Shown here: positions 1-13,740 of the stretch, in pieces
Layout of the letters: each line of letters begins with the position of its first letter
Position numbering within the stretch: the first letter of the stretch is position 1
Assembly: GCA_964016885.1 (NCBI GenBank)
Contig: OZ024743.1
Span: 376,216,001-376,280,000, forward strand
DNA length: 64,000 nucleotides
Source: Eledone cirrhosa
Taxonomy: Eukaryota
Reading direction: 5' to 3'
The notes under the pieces: model-generated
What the model was told of the DNA's origin: nothing
Seen by the model: only the letters and a program-made list of their open reading frames with translations
Database searches by the model: none
Made by a program: the position numbers and the translations under genes

Positions 1-143
1 ATTGTAAAGAGATGCCATTACCATAAGGCTGTTGATTCCAATGAGTATTATTTCGGCGAAGAAAAACGAAAAATAAATAAACAAATTACATAAAATAAAA
101 AGAAACAAAAACAAAACTTAAAGACACAAATATAAACAAAATA

Positions 144-270
<127 letters not shown>

Positions 271-1239
271 AAAAATAAAAGATATCGTTAAAAGATTTCT
301 TGTCAAGTGATTAGCAAAGAAATCTTTCTAGCTATGATAGAAGAGAGAACGGTAATTATTGGAAAAGACACTTTTAATCAACTTCATAAACCGCTCCTAT
401 CAAAAGACTTGTGATGCTTATTTTAAAGAGTACCTTGTCCATTTGCTTGTCTGATTACCTTGTCTCAGACAGACTGTAATTACAACAGTGATGACTGTAT
501 AATTATAACACACTTGACCATATAATTAAATGAGAGATGACTATACATTCATATAAGGTTACAGTGGCTTTTTTTGCTAGTAGACAGACGCACACACACT
601 CTCTTTCACACACACACATATACACACACACATACACATAAACACACATATACACACACATACACGCACACACAAGCACACACAAGCACACACATATAAT
701 ACTGTGACACTTGAAATGAACAGATAAATGTTATATATCATAATAATAATGATAACAATAATAATAAATATCATTATTGATACTTAACACAGTGAATATG
801 ATAATTACTTGATCTTCTATTGTCTGTTGTGTCTCAACAAGGGCCTTAGACAGACATTACTTTCATGTATATACATGCCGGGCCTAACATGGCAGTCTTT
901 TGTAGGAGAGCACTTTGTGATTCGATTTGTTTAACCCTTTCATGACCATATTTCTAATGAAGTGACAGTCAATTTTAATTAATTAATGAAGAATTTTGAG
1001 GGATTTACTAAAATTACTAATTATTTCATTACTAAGATAGTAACTTAATGTAAGGTTCTTATATAAAATTATTTTGGAAGATTTAAATTGGGAACCTTTA
1101 AAATGGGTGATTTTATTTCATAGAACCAGACCCTGTTTTGACCGGGTTGGAAGATAGTAACTTAATATAAGGTTCTTATATAGAATTATGTTGGAAGATT
1201 TTGATATAGATTGGAAACCTTTAAGATGGGTCAAGACAG

Positions 1240-1530
1240 CCTCTCAGTTTTAGGAGTATTGGACACAAAGTTCTAATGACAATTGGAATTATTTTGATGT
1301 TGTTAGGTGGTATTGAACACTTTCGTGCAATTTCAAATCAGTATATTTTGTTATTATTTTTCAATTTCTTTCAAGACTATGTTGTGGTCTCCTGGAATGG
1401 TAACATCAATAATCTGGTATTTACTCATATTTCTGTGAATAACTATATCAGGTCTGTTGTGTTCAAGTCGGTTTCACGGGTTTGTCTTGGGGTTGTCTCT
1501 GTCATCAATGACAGTTTCTGGGATATTCTG
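1240..1530 (-). pseudogene. R4/Dong-type non-LTR retrotransposon 3' (RLE endonuclease) remnant
   Basis: Minus-strand translation gives RLEHNRPDIVIH..YQIIDVTIPGD and KIIPIVI, matching the PD..D RLE region of the element at 56070-56280; contains stops and frameshifts. Confidence 0.65.
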
Positions 1531-1562
1531 GTCTCACTTATCGGACATCTAATATCCCTATC

Positions 1563-1960
1563 ATTGGCAGTATCGGCAGAGGATCTGACGCCATGCTTTC
1601 CAGCTTAGAGTTACATCCGTTTATAATCTGAGTTCAAATCCTGCCGAGGTTAAGTTTGCCTTTCATCCTTACGGGTCGATAAAATAAAGTACCAGTATGC
1701 ACTGGGGTCGATTTAATCGACTTTCCCCTCCACAAAATTGCTGGCCTTGTGCCTATATAAGAAACCATTATTATTATTATGAATTGGCAGTATCGGTGAA
1801 GGGTCGGACATGCTTTTCAGCATAGTTACGCCCCTTTACAATCTGAGTTCAAATCCCGCCGAGGTTAACTTTGCCTTTCATCCTTACGAGGTCGATAAAA
1901 TAAAGTACCAGTAATGTACTGGGTATTTGCTGGCATTGTGCCAAAAGTAGAAACAATTAT
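1563..1960 (+). mobile_element. Two adjacent tRNA-derived SINE copies (Meta-domain-like core)
   Basis: A-box-like TGGCAGTATCGG, B-box GAGTTCAAATCC, core GGTTAACTTTGCCTTTCATCCTTACGGGGTCGATAAAATAAAGTACCAG, (ATT)n tails; same consensus recurs >15 times in the window. Family name is from recall. Confidence 0.85.
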
Positions 1961-1989
1961 TATTATTATTATTTCCTTTTCACAGCTTT

Positions 1990-2640
1990 CGATGTTACTG
2001 CTGGTTATTTAGGACTCCACATCAGGCTTAACATTAGTTTAAGACGTGGAAAACGACTGGTGCTTCTCTTATTTAATAGATAAAACATTTCGAAGAATAT
2101 GTGATGTCCAGAGTTTCAGAGTCTGATTTTCTAGGACCCTCTCTGGTTTGTGCTGATACCATTTCTCAGTGGTTGCAAGCCCATATTTCTTGCATAAAGA
2201 CCAATGGAGGTGTAAGCACACTTTATTATGACGCCTTTTATATTCCCTCTGCGCAAGCACTCATGAGGTGTCACACTTTCCACCTTCCCTCATAACCTAC
2301 ACTTCTTTTTTTCATCTGAGTTATACATATCCCTTATCGGGTTTGTGTTTAGTGCTTGATCTTGAACAGCTATTAATAAACTTGTCTACCTCTCTCTTAA
2401 GATCACATTTTGTCAACCAATTCCACGAAGATCCTATTTTTACTCCCTTGTTTCATTTTCAAACTGACAATGTAATTCCATACTCTCTCTTGTGGTCAGT
2501 TTCTCAGCCAACAACCTCTTTGTAATTTTCTTTTCTTTTAATGGTTTCAGTGCATAGGCCTCTACTTTTGGCAACATACCTTAAAAGTTCTTTACTATTG
2601 GCCAAATACGAGTCTAAAGACCTGCAATCGTTAGCCTCAT
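1990..2640 (-). pseudogene. R4/Dong-type retrotransposon remnant (post-RT linker, zinc-knuckle region, start of RLE)
   Basis: ORF 2069..2260 LAQREYKRRHNKVCLHLHWSLCKKYGL..EKWYQHKPERVLEN parallels LAQTHHKGWRHD..IHWHLCK..EKWYEHKPEAVIEN at 55.9 kb. Confidence 0.8.
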
Positions 2641-2777
2641 GAATCCGACCGCTACGGCGTTTATTTGATTGAGAAAATGAATGAGAGTGTTTTTGACCGA
2701 CCACAAAATTAAACAAAATCTTACCCCCGAATGAACTAGCATGTGTCAGCATAAGGCAACCATTTTATTATAAAACA

Positions 2778-2975
2778 TCGGTAGAGAGTAGGACACCATG
2801 CTTTGCAGCATAGAGTTACGGCCCTTTACGGTCTCAGTTCAAATCCCGCCGAGGTTAACTTTGCCTTTCATCCTTACGGGATCGATAAAATAAAACACCA
2901 GTACTGCACTGGGGTCGATTTAATCGATGTTACCCTCTCCTTCAAATTACTGGCCTTGTGTCTATAGTAGAAATC
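2778..2975 (+). mobile_element. tRNA-derived SINE (same family as 1563)
   Basis: Same B-box and core sequence. Confidence 0.85.
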
Positions 2976-2984
2976 ATGATTACT

Positions 2985-3240
2985 CCTTGCCATCGGTACG
3001 GAGTTGGCTACCCGCAGGTGTGAGCTGGGCGAGCTGCAATGGCTCTTCAAACACATCTCCCTCATCATTTGCCGGGGAAACGCCTTCTCTATTCTGTCCG
3101 CCGAGGCCGAGATGCAACCAGTACGTGGGCCCCCATTTGCTTATAATAGTACGAGATGGGGAGAGTTAGAGAGACGGAGGCAGTGAGATAAATAGCTAAA
3201 CACAGCAACATCGACCACTGACTTGCTGGTCAACATTATG
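2985..3240 (+). mobile_element. CRE-clade-like non-LTR retrotransposon 3' fragment
   Basis: WLFKHISLIICRGNAFSIL resembles the CRE C-terminal ISLAIQRGNA motif; related copies at 30058-30180 (+) and 46300-46560 (-). Confidence 0.6.
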
Positions 3241-3307
3241 AGAGGGAGAGAGAGAGAAAGAGAGAGAGAGAGAGGGAGAGAGAGAGAAAGAGAGAGAGAG
3301 GGAGAGG

Positions 3308-3343
<36 letters not shown>

Positions 3344-3346
3344 GAG

Positions 3347-3377
<31 letters not shown>

Positions 3378-3405
3378 GAGAGAGAAAGAGAGAAAGAGAG
3401 AGAGA

Positions 3406-3444
<39 letters not shown>

Positions 3445-3480
3445 AAGAAAGAGAGAGAAAGAAAGAGAGAGAGAGAGAGC
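3241..3480. repeat. Compound (GA)n/(GATA)n/(GT)n microsatellite
   Basis: Direct inspection. Confidence 0.95.
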
Positions 3481-3685
3481 GAAGTAAGGACAAAACTGCT
3501 CAAAGAAAACGTTCATTTCTGGTATTTAAAAAAAATTCATTAACATAATCGTAGTCTACATATTTGCAAATGTATGTGTGGATGTAGCAGGAAGAAATGA
3601 TTGGAACAGGAGTGGCCACAACAACATAAACAAAGACGTCCCCATTAATTATTCTAAAAAAAGAATAATTAATGGGGACGTCTCG

Positions 3686-3872
3686 GTGGATTGGCAGTAT
3701 CGGTAGAGGGTCGGACGCCATGCTTTGCAGCAAAGAGTTACGACCCTTTATGGTCTGAGTTCAAATCCCGCCGAGGTTAACTTTGTCTTTCATCCTTACA
3801 GGGTCGATAAAATAAAGTACCAGTAATACACTGATTTAATTGCTGGCCTTGTGCTAAAAGTAGAAACGATTA
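3686..3872 (+). mobile_element. tRNA-derived SINE (same family as 1563)
   Basis: Near-consensus copy. Confidence 0.85.
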
Positions 3873-4034
3873 ATTATTCTAAAAAAAACAAAATATACGT
3901 TTTATAAATATAGTGAATATGAGCATTTGACAAACAGACGGAGTTTCAAGCATAAACATTTAATTTACACACACACACGCATTAGAACGTACACGCACGC
4001 ACGCACACACACACACACACACACCTGCGCGCAA

Positions 4035-4069
<35 letters not shown>

Positions 4070-4677
4070 CCGACAGAGACGTACTCACATACAAACACGC
4101 AGAGACGCACACATACACCCACGCACGCACATCCACAAATATTAGTTCTGGAAATATTAATATAAATGATAAAAACTACGTGTACCAACGACAACAAGAA
4201 TATCCACAAAATTTCAATTTTTTGCAAACCTTTAGGATCTTAAGAAGCCCCTCAATATGAGCCAGCTGAAATAAATGATATAGACGAGGTCTGTCGCGAA
4301 AAACTCTACCTAATTACCCGAGGAATTTACTCAGGGAAGGCGAACAGGAGGATGGTATACCTGTTTTTAAACAAACGTAATATTGTTTAAAACCTGTTTT
4401 GTGTTCAAATCAAGTCTTTAATCTTCCGGGATCGATGAAATATAATACCAGTGAAGTACTGAGGTTCATATAATCGAGTACTTTTTCCCCTAAATTTGAA
4501 ATCCTGTGCATATGTTAGAAATCAATATCTATTTGAATGCGAAATAAAATATTTGATACCTTTGTGTGGATATTTTTCCGAATGTAAGTCGTATAAGACA
4601 CAAAATAGTTGAAAAGCTGATAGTGTATTAACGCAATGCCTGTACCTACTAGCGTTACTACATTGAATTCTGCTCCC

Positions 4678-4948
4678 AGGGGTTTGGGGCGCGGGCCACT
4701 TCAGGTTTGGGAGGCCCCTCATACACAAAAAATTAGAATACACAGCAAACCCCCCAATTTTACATATCAAAGTTAGCTTGGCGTAAGTAACTGGAATTGA
4801 AAAGTTATACATACAAGTATTAAATTCAAAAATTCTAACTATCCTAAAACTAAAAGGCCTAGCTGAGGGCACAAATAAATTGCTACGGTCGTCGCTGCAG
4901 TGGACTCAGGACAATTGCCCCCTTTCCCCCGCATTAAATACGGTCCTA
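4678..4948. mobile_element. Possible hAT-type MITE
   Basis: 8-bp direct repeat CTGCTCCC at 4670-4677 and 4949-4956 flanks a segment with GC-rich ends; TIRs are weak. Confidence 0.4.
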
Positions 4949-5122
4949 CTGCTCCCCTTACCAGGCATCACCTCGACCCAACCACAGTCAATGCACCCTC
5001 CTCATCATGACTTCCTCATCCCTATTATGTGTACATCTCTACACAATAATTGAAACAATTCAAATAATCTTTTAGTCCAATAGAAACAACACAGAAAGAT
5101 AGGGACAAATAAATAGATATTT

Positions 5123-5173
<51 letters not shown>

Positions 5174-5179
5174 TAGATA

Positions 5180-8100
5180 TGTTTCTTTATTAGCCACAGG
5201 GGCACAAAAGAAGGGGACAAATACAAAGGGGGAAGTTTACATACAATAAAAACGTGTAAAATATTATCACAAATGCAATTTAAAAATTAATCGATTTTCT
5301 GCAATAGGGGAGACATTACATATGGGTAACACATACCCCCGAAAAAAAAAATGTGCAACCCTCATCTCCAGGAGTACAAAGAGTTTGTACTCCTTTCCTC
5401 TCCTCCTCTTTTTCCTCAACCTACAGGCTGATATAGAGAGAAGGCTCATTCATTCGGGCCATTCTCGCCACTTTCACCCACCTCTCATAAAACTTGCTGG
5501 GGTACAGCACCTCTCTCTCCATCCTGATTCTTCTTCCAAAGTGGTATTTGAAAAAAAGAATCAGTTGTTGGCCGGAGAGAAAGGTGTCTGACCTCAGCCC
5601 TTTCAACCTTGTCCACCATACAACCTCTTTCGCCATAGCTATCACACAAAGGAAAACAGCCTCTCCTTCGTTTTTGAAGGAGGGTGGCGGTTTGATCGTG
5701 ACAATAGATTCGGTGGTCAACTGGATTGGTCCCACCCGGAACAATAATCGTTCCACATAGCCCCACAGGTCGGTGACGCCCGGGCAGTGTATGAATGCGT
5801 GCGCGACGGTTTCTCCCTCTCATACGCACCTCGGACAGATTTTTTTTGCAGGGTCCCTGCCCGGGCGCCCATCTCTGTAGAGCTTGTCTCGAACTGGTAG
5901 AGCTTCTCGGTAGCACTGCCAGGCCAGGGACTTTTGGAAGTTGTCCATCGGTCACGGGCGGAAGGTCCTACCGAACAGACTGGCCAGTTCGTCTTCCTCT
6001 ACGCCCAGAGTTTCACCGAGCACGTCGTCGCACTTGCTGCGGATCAACCCCTTATAGAATGACGAAGTGGAGTCTCCACTGATCGCCGGGTCCGCCTGCC
6101 AGAGGGCTGTGAGCGCCTGAGCACATTCGATGTGCCAGTCGCCCATTTTCCTCAGTCTTTGCTTGACCAAGGACTGCAGCTTGGTCAGCGAGACGAGTCG
6201 TGGGAAGGCTCGCCTCACGAACGGGCCCCACAACGGTTGTCCAGTGAGGAATACGTAGAGATGCCGCAGCCTGAGCGCGTGTTTGCGCATCGTCAGCCAC
6301 GACAACCCCAGCCCTCCGTTTGAAGGGTGTTGGCAGCAGATGGATCTTCTCACCAAAGGAGCCCATTTCTTCCAAAGGAATTGGAAGAGCGCGCGCTTCA
6401 TTTTGGTGAGCGTTTTGGCTGGACAAGGCACGACGGTCAAGCGGTAGTAGATGGCGGACGCTATAAAAGTGTTCGCCACCTCCGCTCGACCTTTCAATGA
6501 TAGTTTGCACTCGGCCCACTTCTGGGTCAGTGCAAACACCTTGGCCGTCACTTCGTTCCAGTTCTTCTCCACCTGGAGGTCAGGAACAAACCAGACCCCG
6601 AGCAGCTTTACTGGTCCTTCCGTCCAGCGTCCGACGACGCCATCGGAAGGCATCGGTTTGCCTCTCCACGATCCGAGTTGCAAACCGATGGACTTGTCCC
6701 GGTTCAGCATCGCTCCTGTGAACCTTTCGTATTCCTTCAGTAAGGTGCCGACCTCCTCGATTTGCGAGGCGCTCGACACCATTACTGTCATGTCGTCGGT
6801 GTAGGCCGACGCCGCTTTCCGCAGTAGGGCATCGCTGTCGAATGGATCGCGTAATATGGAACGGCTCCGAGAGGTAGCCGTTCACCTTAACCCTTGAGCA
6901 GATGTTGCTGTTATGCATTGCAGCAATCCAGCCCCTGAACACGGGTCCGAAGCCTGCCTCCTCGAGAACCGCATTCAGGTAACGATGGTCAACCCTACCG
7001 AAAGCCTTAGACTGATCCAATTTGATCAGGGCCCCACCGAAGCCGGGTTTACACCCTACCCTCTCTATGATGTATCGCATGAGGTGGAGGTTGTCGTGTA
7101 TGGACCTGGTCGGGATTGCACATGTCTGCGCTTCTCCCACCAGGTTCTCGACGACAAGCGCCAGCCTCTTTGCCAATACCTTGGCCAAAATCTGTAACTC
7201 TGTGTTTAGCAGAGTTATGGGCCGGAAGTTGCCTATGTCATCCCCCTTATTCTCGTCCTTCCTGACTAGTGTGACTACGCCCCCGGTCACAGAACTGGGA
7301 ATTCTCCCGTTCTGTTGTCAGTTGCAGTAGACCGCTTCCAGGAGACCGGAGAACAAGTCCGGCATTGCTACGTAAAATTCGTAGGGTAGACCGTTGAGAC
7401 CTGGAGATTTGCGTTTGCCGCATTGGCTCAACGCGTCCCCTATCTCAGCGGCTGAAATCGGCTTTTCGCAGAACTTTGCCCCGCTGTCCAAGAGTCACGG
7501 TAGGCCGTCGAGGTATGGACCGAAATCCATAGCCCCTCCCGGCGCGCAGCCCTGCCCGAACAATGAGCAAAGTGCCGCTGAAAGGCCGCACACATCTGCT
7601 TCGACTCACGTATCACGCGTCCGTTTTGGTCCTTCAAAGACCGAATCATGGACTTGTTGCCCCTTTTTGCCTCCATCACCCGGGCCCAGCTAACAGCTTT
7701 GGCTCCCTCGTTTCCCAGAGCACGTATTTTGCTTCTGACAACGCAGCCCTCATGCTTTGCGTCGAAGAACTGGTCCAAGGCCGTTCTCGTTGCTAACACG
7801 CTGGCTACGTTGCCACATCTAATTGCCACTTCTACTTTATCTACCAGTTCTTTCTCGGTTCTATTTCTATCTAACGCTAATTCTTTACTAAAAACTAACG
7901 AGTCTAATCTAACTGCCCTCTTGAGAGAGGACCACCATCTGTTGTTGACAATGGCCCCTGTCAAGTGCTGTTTAACTAAAGTGCTAATCCGTCTACTGTA
8001 GGCTTTGCATGTCGGTAACGACAAGTTCAGCTTCCAGTAGCCCGGTCCTTGTCTATGGGTTCTATCAAGGTTGACCATGCAGGTCACTAGTTTGTGATCT

Positions 8101-9598
8101 GAATAGACAACCATGAACATTTGTGGACAGCTTAACATGTCCCTATCCTTATTTCAAACTAGAACCCTATCTAGGTACGATCTAGATGTTCCGCTACGAT
8201 TAGTCCACGTCCACAGTGGCACAGTCGGAAAATCTAGTCGATATCTATCGGCCAGGTCAAATCGGCCGATTAACTGTTTGAGGATGTTACACTCCCCTTT
8301 ATCGGGACATGCTCCCACATAGTCCCAACGTGCATCTAGGATTCCATTCCAGTCCCCCACTAAAAGCAAGGAGCGGAACGTTCCCAGAAAAGTCTCTAGA
8401 CCTTTCAAGAAGTCTGGCCGCGGTGTCCCGGATGGTGCATATGCGGCCACCAGCCTGAAGGCTCCACCTTCACTACCGTCAACGTCTAGGACCACCAGTC
8501 GACCCTCCGGGTCTAGATGTACCGTCTGTGTTAGGAGGCCCAGGTGTTTCCGCAGCAAAACGGCAACCCCGCCCCCACCCCCCGGCTGACAGAGAGATGC
8601 GTAGATCCCAAAGTCATCGAAGATGGGGACCAGCTGTCGCTCGCTGTGGATCCTGGACTCGCAAATGGCTACTACATCCATACTGTGCGACCTGAGGTCG
8701 TATAAGAGTTTGCCCTATTTCCAGGGCATCCCCAGGCCGCGTACATTCACACACCCAACTCTTATATTGGCCATATTGGTTCTGAAAAGGTAAAAGAGGA
8801 GAAGAAAACACTCACCTCTTCGTCTCCCGAGGATCAGGCCGCACGGTTTCCATGGGGGTGTTAGAGGAGTTGTCTGGGCGGGTGGTTCTTTCCGGAGGGG
8901 TGGGGACGGAGATGTTTGGTGGGGTGGGGGTATCTGGGGTGGGTGTGTCTGGGGTGAGGGTGGGGAAACTTTTTAAAAGAACGCGGTTAATGTCCTTAAC
9001 ACAAGGATTACTCACGTCTTTAGGAAAGTTTTCCTTTAAAGACTTATAGGTGTCCGAAGGGACCCTAATCATCTTTAAATTAGGTTTGTCTACACAGTTC
9101 GAAAAAGTTTTCCCTTCGGTTTTCACCGAAGGGTCGTTGGAGAGGACCTCCATTAAAGTTTTGTTTTTACTTTTATGTATGTGTAATGTTCTTGTTGTGT
9201 TGCGGTGGTTTTTGTCTGTTGTTCTTGTGGGAGCTTTCGTTTTGTAGTAGGTGTTTGTGTTTGGAGTGATGTCGTGGTTTTGTTTTCGGGATGGGGGGTT
9301 TTTGTTTGTAATGTTTGTGTTGTTTGTGTTGGTTGTTGTATGTTTGTAGTGGTGTTTGTTGTTTTTTTTGTTCTTGTGGTGTCTTTTCTTCTTTCTTTTC
9401 GAACGGAGAGGCTCTCCCTCATCATCACTTGGTGATGATGTGGGAGCCTCGTCCGTTGTGGTCTCTGTGTTATTTGGAAGGGGTATGTTTTTGGGAGCTG
9501 TTGTGTTTGTGGGTGTTTTTTAGTGGTTTTAGGTGGAGTGGGGTTGGGTGGAACTGTGCTTGCAGGTTGGTTTGTTGTTCTTGTTTTGGTTGTTTGCG

Positions 9599-9640
<42 letters not shown>

Positions 9641-10660
9641 GGTGGTGGTGGTTGTGTTGTTGTTTTGGGTGTTGGCAGTAGTGCCTATTTTTTTATTTTA
9701 GTTAACTGGGGACAGTAAGCCTTCAGGTGACCACTGGTTAAACAGTGGTAACATGAAGGCCGCCTACCCTCAACAGAAATGTTTGTGTGAAATTCCATCC
9801 AGAAGCACACGTTGGGGTATTTTAGCTATCCGTTCTGGCCTCATTTGGACCAGAACTTCCATGATTGTACCATTGAATGTGCCTCTGGAGGACTTTCCCA
9901 CCGAAATGATGGTGTCTTCGTCGAAATCGATGAAGCCACTTAGAATCCACCAGACGTTTACATTTGGTGCAATGTTCAACATTTTTATTTTTTGAGTTCT
10001 TTTTCCCATATATGTGGGGAAAAAGGTGTAAAGGGGGGGGGGGACACAATCGGTGATACAGAATATTTTTGTGCTGTCAATTGGTCTTTCAACAACACCG
10101 AAATGCTTCCAAAAAGTTTCCCTTTTTGGATGAAGGCAATATACTTCATGGAATTCTTCAGAACCAGTTCAATATCGTTTTGGGATAACTGAACTGGTTT
10201 TTTCGACACATTTGAGACCGTCCTAAAAATTACTGTTTTTAGAACAGTTTCTCTGCGTAACTGTTGAGGAGAAGTGATGTTGAAAGCACCACTCTCACCA
10301 AAGGTTACGTACTGTTTTGCATCGCTTAACATTTCCCTAGCATTGGAAATGTCAAGGTATGTGAACAGTTCCGTCTTTTGGACAGTTTGAGCAAAAGAAA
10401 TATTTTCCTTGTTCGTAGAGTTGTTCGTGTTGCTGTTGTTGTTGGTGGTGTTGTTGTTATCATTGTTGTTGTTGTTATCATTGTTGTTGTTGTTGTTGGT
10501 GGTGGTGTTGTTTATATTTTGCATGTTATTGGTGTTTGTGTTACAATCAACGTCCGACATCGTGTTTTCAAAACTGACGACATTTTCGATGTCTTTCAAT
10601 GAGGTGGTGAGAGGAGGTGACTGCGAGCTTAACACTCTTACCGCCTCTGCACCACTCTAG
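5180..10660 (-). mobile_element. L1/Tx1-clade LINE copy A, full length, ORFs disrupted
   Basis: ORF1 pieces 10635-8812 (Asn/Thr-rich, CFNCLTSGH knuckle near 9730-9755). ORF2 from ATG 8774 to 5421 in fragments: APE (AICESR, GDWNG, SYLDR, YSDH), RT (NFRPITLLN, LDQSKAF, AYTDD), C-terminal zf region. 3' end CCCTGTGGCTAATAAAGAAA. GATA-type repeats on both flanks. Confidence 0.93.
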
Positions 10661-10781
10661 ATAGCTAGATAGCTAGGCATGTATATATATAGATAGATAG
10701 ATAGATACACATAGATACACAGATAAATAAGGAGACAGGTGGATAGATAGATAGACTGATAGATAGAGTGTTAGATAGATA

Positions 10782-11930
10782 TATTTCTTTATTAGCCACA
10801 AAGGCGCACAAGAAAAGGGGACAAAACAAAGACATGCCGGGGATTTTACATACAATCGTGTAAAAAAATATAAAACAAACAATTATAACAATCGAAATCC
10901 CCAATAGGTGGAGGGGGGGGGGGCTGCGCCACAAATGGGTTGTTTAATACCCCGTCGATAGAACAACCCTCAACTTCAGGAGCGTGTTGTGAAAGTGCTC
11001 CTTTCTTCCTTTTGCTCTCTCCTTCAACCTACAGGTTTATATACAGAGAAGGCCCAATCACTCGGGCCATTTTTGCCATATTCACCCACCTTTCAGTACA
11101 TTTGCTGGGGTGCAGTGCCTCTCTCTCCACTCTGATTCTCCTTCTAAAGTAGTTCCTAAAGAAGGGAATGAGTTGTCCGGAGAGAAAGGCATCTGTCCTC
11201 AATCCTCTCAACCTCGTCCACCATATAACCTCTTTCACCATAGCCACCGTACAGAGGAAATCCGCCTCTCTTTCCTTTTTGAAAGAAGTTGGCGGTTTGA
11301 TCCTTACTATGGACTCGGCAGTCAACTGGATTTGTCCCATACGCGACAGCAGTTGTTCTGCGTAGTTCCACAGGTCAGTTACGCCCGGGCAGTGTACAAT
11401 TGCATGCAAGACAGTTTCAATGTCCCGCCCGCATCTTGGACACGTCCTCTTGGAAGGATCCCTGCCGGGGCGTCCGTGCCTGTAGATCTTGTCCCGAACT
11501 GGTAGAGCTCCTCAGTAGCACTGCCAGGCCATGGACCTCTGGAAGTTGTCAAGAGGTCTCGGGCGGAAAGTCCTACCAAACAGACTGGTGAGCTCGTCGT
11601 CTTCAACGCCCAGAGGCTCTCCGAGCACGTCGTCGCCCTTGTGAAATGAAGTCTCCACTGATTGCCGTGCCCGCTTGACAGAGGACTGTGAGCGCCTGAG
11701 CGCATTCAATGTGCTAGGCGCCCATCTTCTTCGGTTTCCGCTTGACCCAGGACTGCAGCTCCGTCAGCGAGACAAGTTGCGGGAAGGCCTGTCTCACAAA
11801 CGGTGCCCACGCCAGTTGGGGGTCGGTGAGGAATACTTGTAGATGCCGTAGTCTCAGCGCATGTTTGCGCATCATCAGCCACGGCATTCCCAGGCTTCTG
11901 TTGGAAGGGTGCTGACAGCAGACGGATCTC
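10782..11930 (-). mobile_element. L1/Tx1-clade LINE copy B, 5'-truncated
   Basis: ORF2 C-terminus (CCQHPSN..MPWLMMRKHALRLRHL; IWWTRLRGL..GPSLYINL) and the same 3' terminal motif; GATA repeats on both sides. Confidence 0.9.
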
Positions 11931-11977
11931 CAGACAGATTCATAGATATCCATATAGATAGATTGATAGATAGGCAG

Positions 11978-12009
<32 letters not shown>

Positions 12010-12014
12010 ATAGA

Positions 12015-13740
12015 TGTCTTTATTTATTTGCCACAAGGGCGTACTAGAAATGGGACATTACAAGACGTGACAACGGGGGTGTTACATAAACATTGTGTAA
12101 ACTTTAACATTAATAAATTAAATTAAACTATATATTAAAATAAAATAACAATCGAAATCCGCAATAAGGTGGAACGTTACTGCGGGGTTGTTTTACAACC
12201 CGTAGATAGAACAATCTTCAACACCAGGAGCATGTTTTGTAGTGTTCCCGTCTTCCCTCTTTTTTCTTCCTCAACTTACAGGTTTATATACAGAGAAGGC
12301 CCATTCACTTCGGCCATTTTCGCCACATTTACCCACCTTTCAGTGAATTTACTGGGGTGAAGCACCTCTCTCTCTACTGTTTCCTTTCTTTTGAAGTGGT
12401 ATTTAAAGAAGGGGATGAGTTGTTGTACGGAGAGAAATTTGTTTGCCCTCAGTCCTTTCAACATGGTTCACCATATTACCTCTTTTGCCATAGCCACCAG
12501 ACAAAGGAAAACTGCCTCTCCTTCATTCTTAAATGAAGGCGGTGGGGTGACCCTCACGATGGACTCAGCTGAAACTGGATGTGTCCCACACGTCGACCCT
12601 ATCAAATGCCAAAGATTGATCTAAATTGATCAGAGTCCCACCGAAGCCAGGTTTACACCCTACCCTCTCTATGATGTATCGCATGAGGTGGAGGTGGTCT
12701 AGTGCCGTTCTCGTCGCTAGCACGTCAGCTGCCACTCCTAAGTGCCTCTTCTACTTTGGGTACCAATTCCTTTTCTATCTTGTTCTTCTCTAAAGCTCTT
12801 TCCTTGCTAAAGGCTCTTAATTCTATTCTAATTGCTCTCTTGAGAGAGCACCACCACCTGTTGTTGACGATGGCCCCGTCAACTGGCGGTTAACTAAAGT
12901 GCTAATCCGTTTACTGTAAGCTTTACGCGTCGGGAGCGGCATGTTTGGCTTCTAGTATCCGGGTCCCAGTATATGTGTACTATCAAGGTTGACTATGCAG
13001 GTCACTAAATTGTGGTCTGAATAGGCAACCATATGCATTTGTGGACAGCTAAATGTTTCCCTATCATTTTGTCTAATTAGAAATCTATCTAAATACGATC
13101 TAGAAGACCCAGTGCCGTTGCTCCACGTCCACAGTGGTGCACTTGGGAAATCTAGTCGATATCTATCAGCCAGTTGGAATTGGCTGATAAGATTTTTGAG
13201 GCTATTACATCCCACTCTATTATCACATGCCCCTACATAGTCCCAACGTGCGTCCAAGATACCATCCGAGTCCCCCGCTGACAGTAAAGAGCGAGATGTT
13301 CTCAGGAAAGACTCTAGGCGCTTAAAGAACTCCGGCCTTGATGTCCCATTCGGGACATAGACGGCCACCAGTCTGAAAGCTCCACGCTCACTACCATTCA
13401 TGTTTAGTACCACCAAATTTCCCTCCGTGTCCAAGAAAATTGTCTATATTTCGAGGTCCAGGTTTTTCCGAAACAGTATAGCAACTCTGCCTCCGTCTCC
13501 CGGCTGACAAAGAGATGCATAGATCTCGAAGTCGTCGAATATGGGGGTTAACTGCTGTTTGTCGTGAATCGACTCGCTGACGGCTATCACATCTATACGG
13601 TGTGACCTGAGGTCATTTAAAAAGTGGCTCTGTTTCCAGAGCATCCCCAGGCCACACACATTCAGACATCCTACTCGTAAATTTGCTATGTCAGTTGAAA
13701 AAGAGTTGGGAGAGAAAAAGGAACACTTACCTTTTTGTCT
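12015..13740 (-). mobile_element. L1/Tx1-clade LINE copy C, 5'-truncated with large internal deletions
   Basis: APE domain 12952-13690 (LRVGCLNVCGLG..AVSES..SYLDR..YSDH), short RT scrap at ~12590-12695, ORF2 C-terminus 12276-12570, and 3' motif. Confidence 0.88.

Noticed and set aside
1033-1232. ~118-bp local tandem duplication
   Set aside because: Ordinary diverged duplication; no motif seen.
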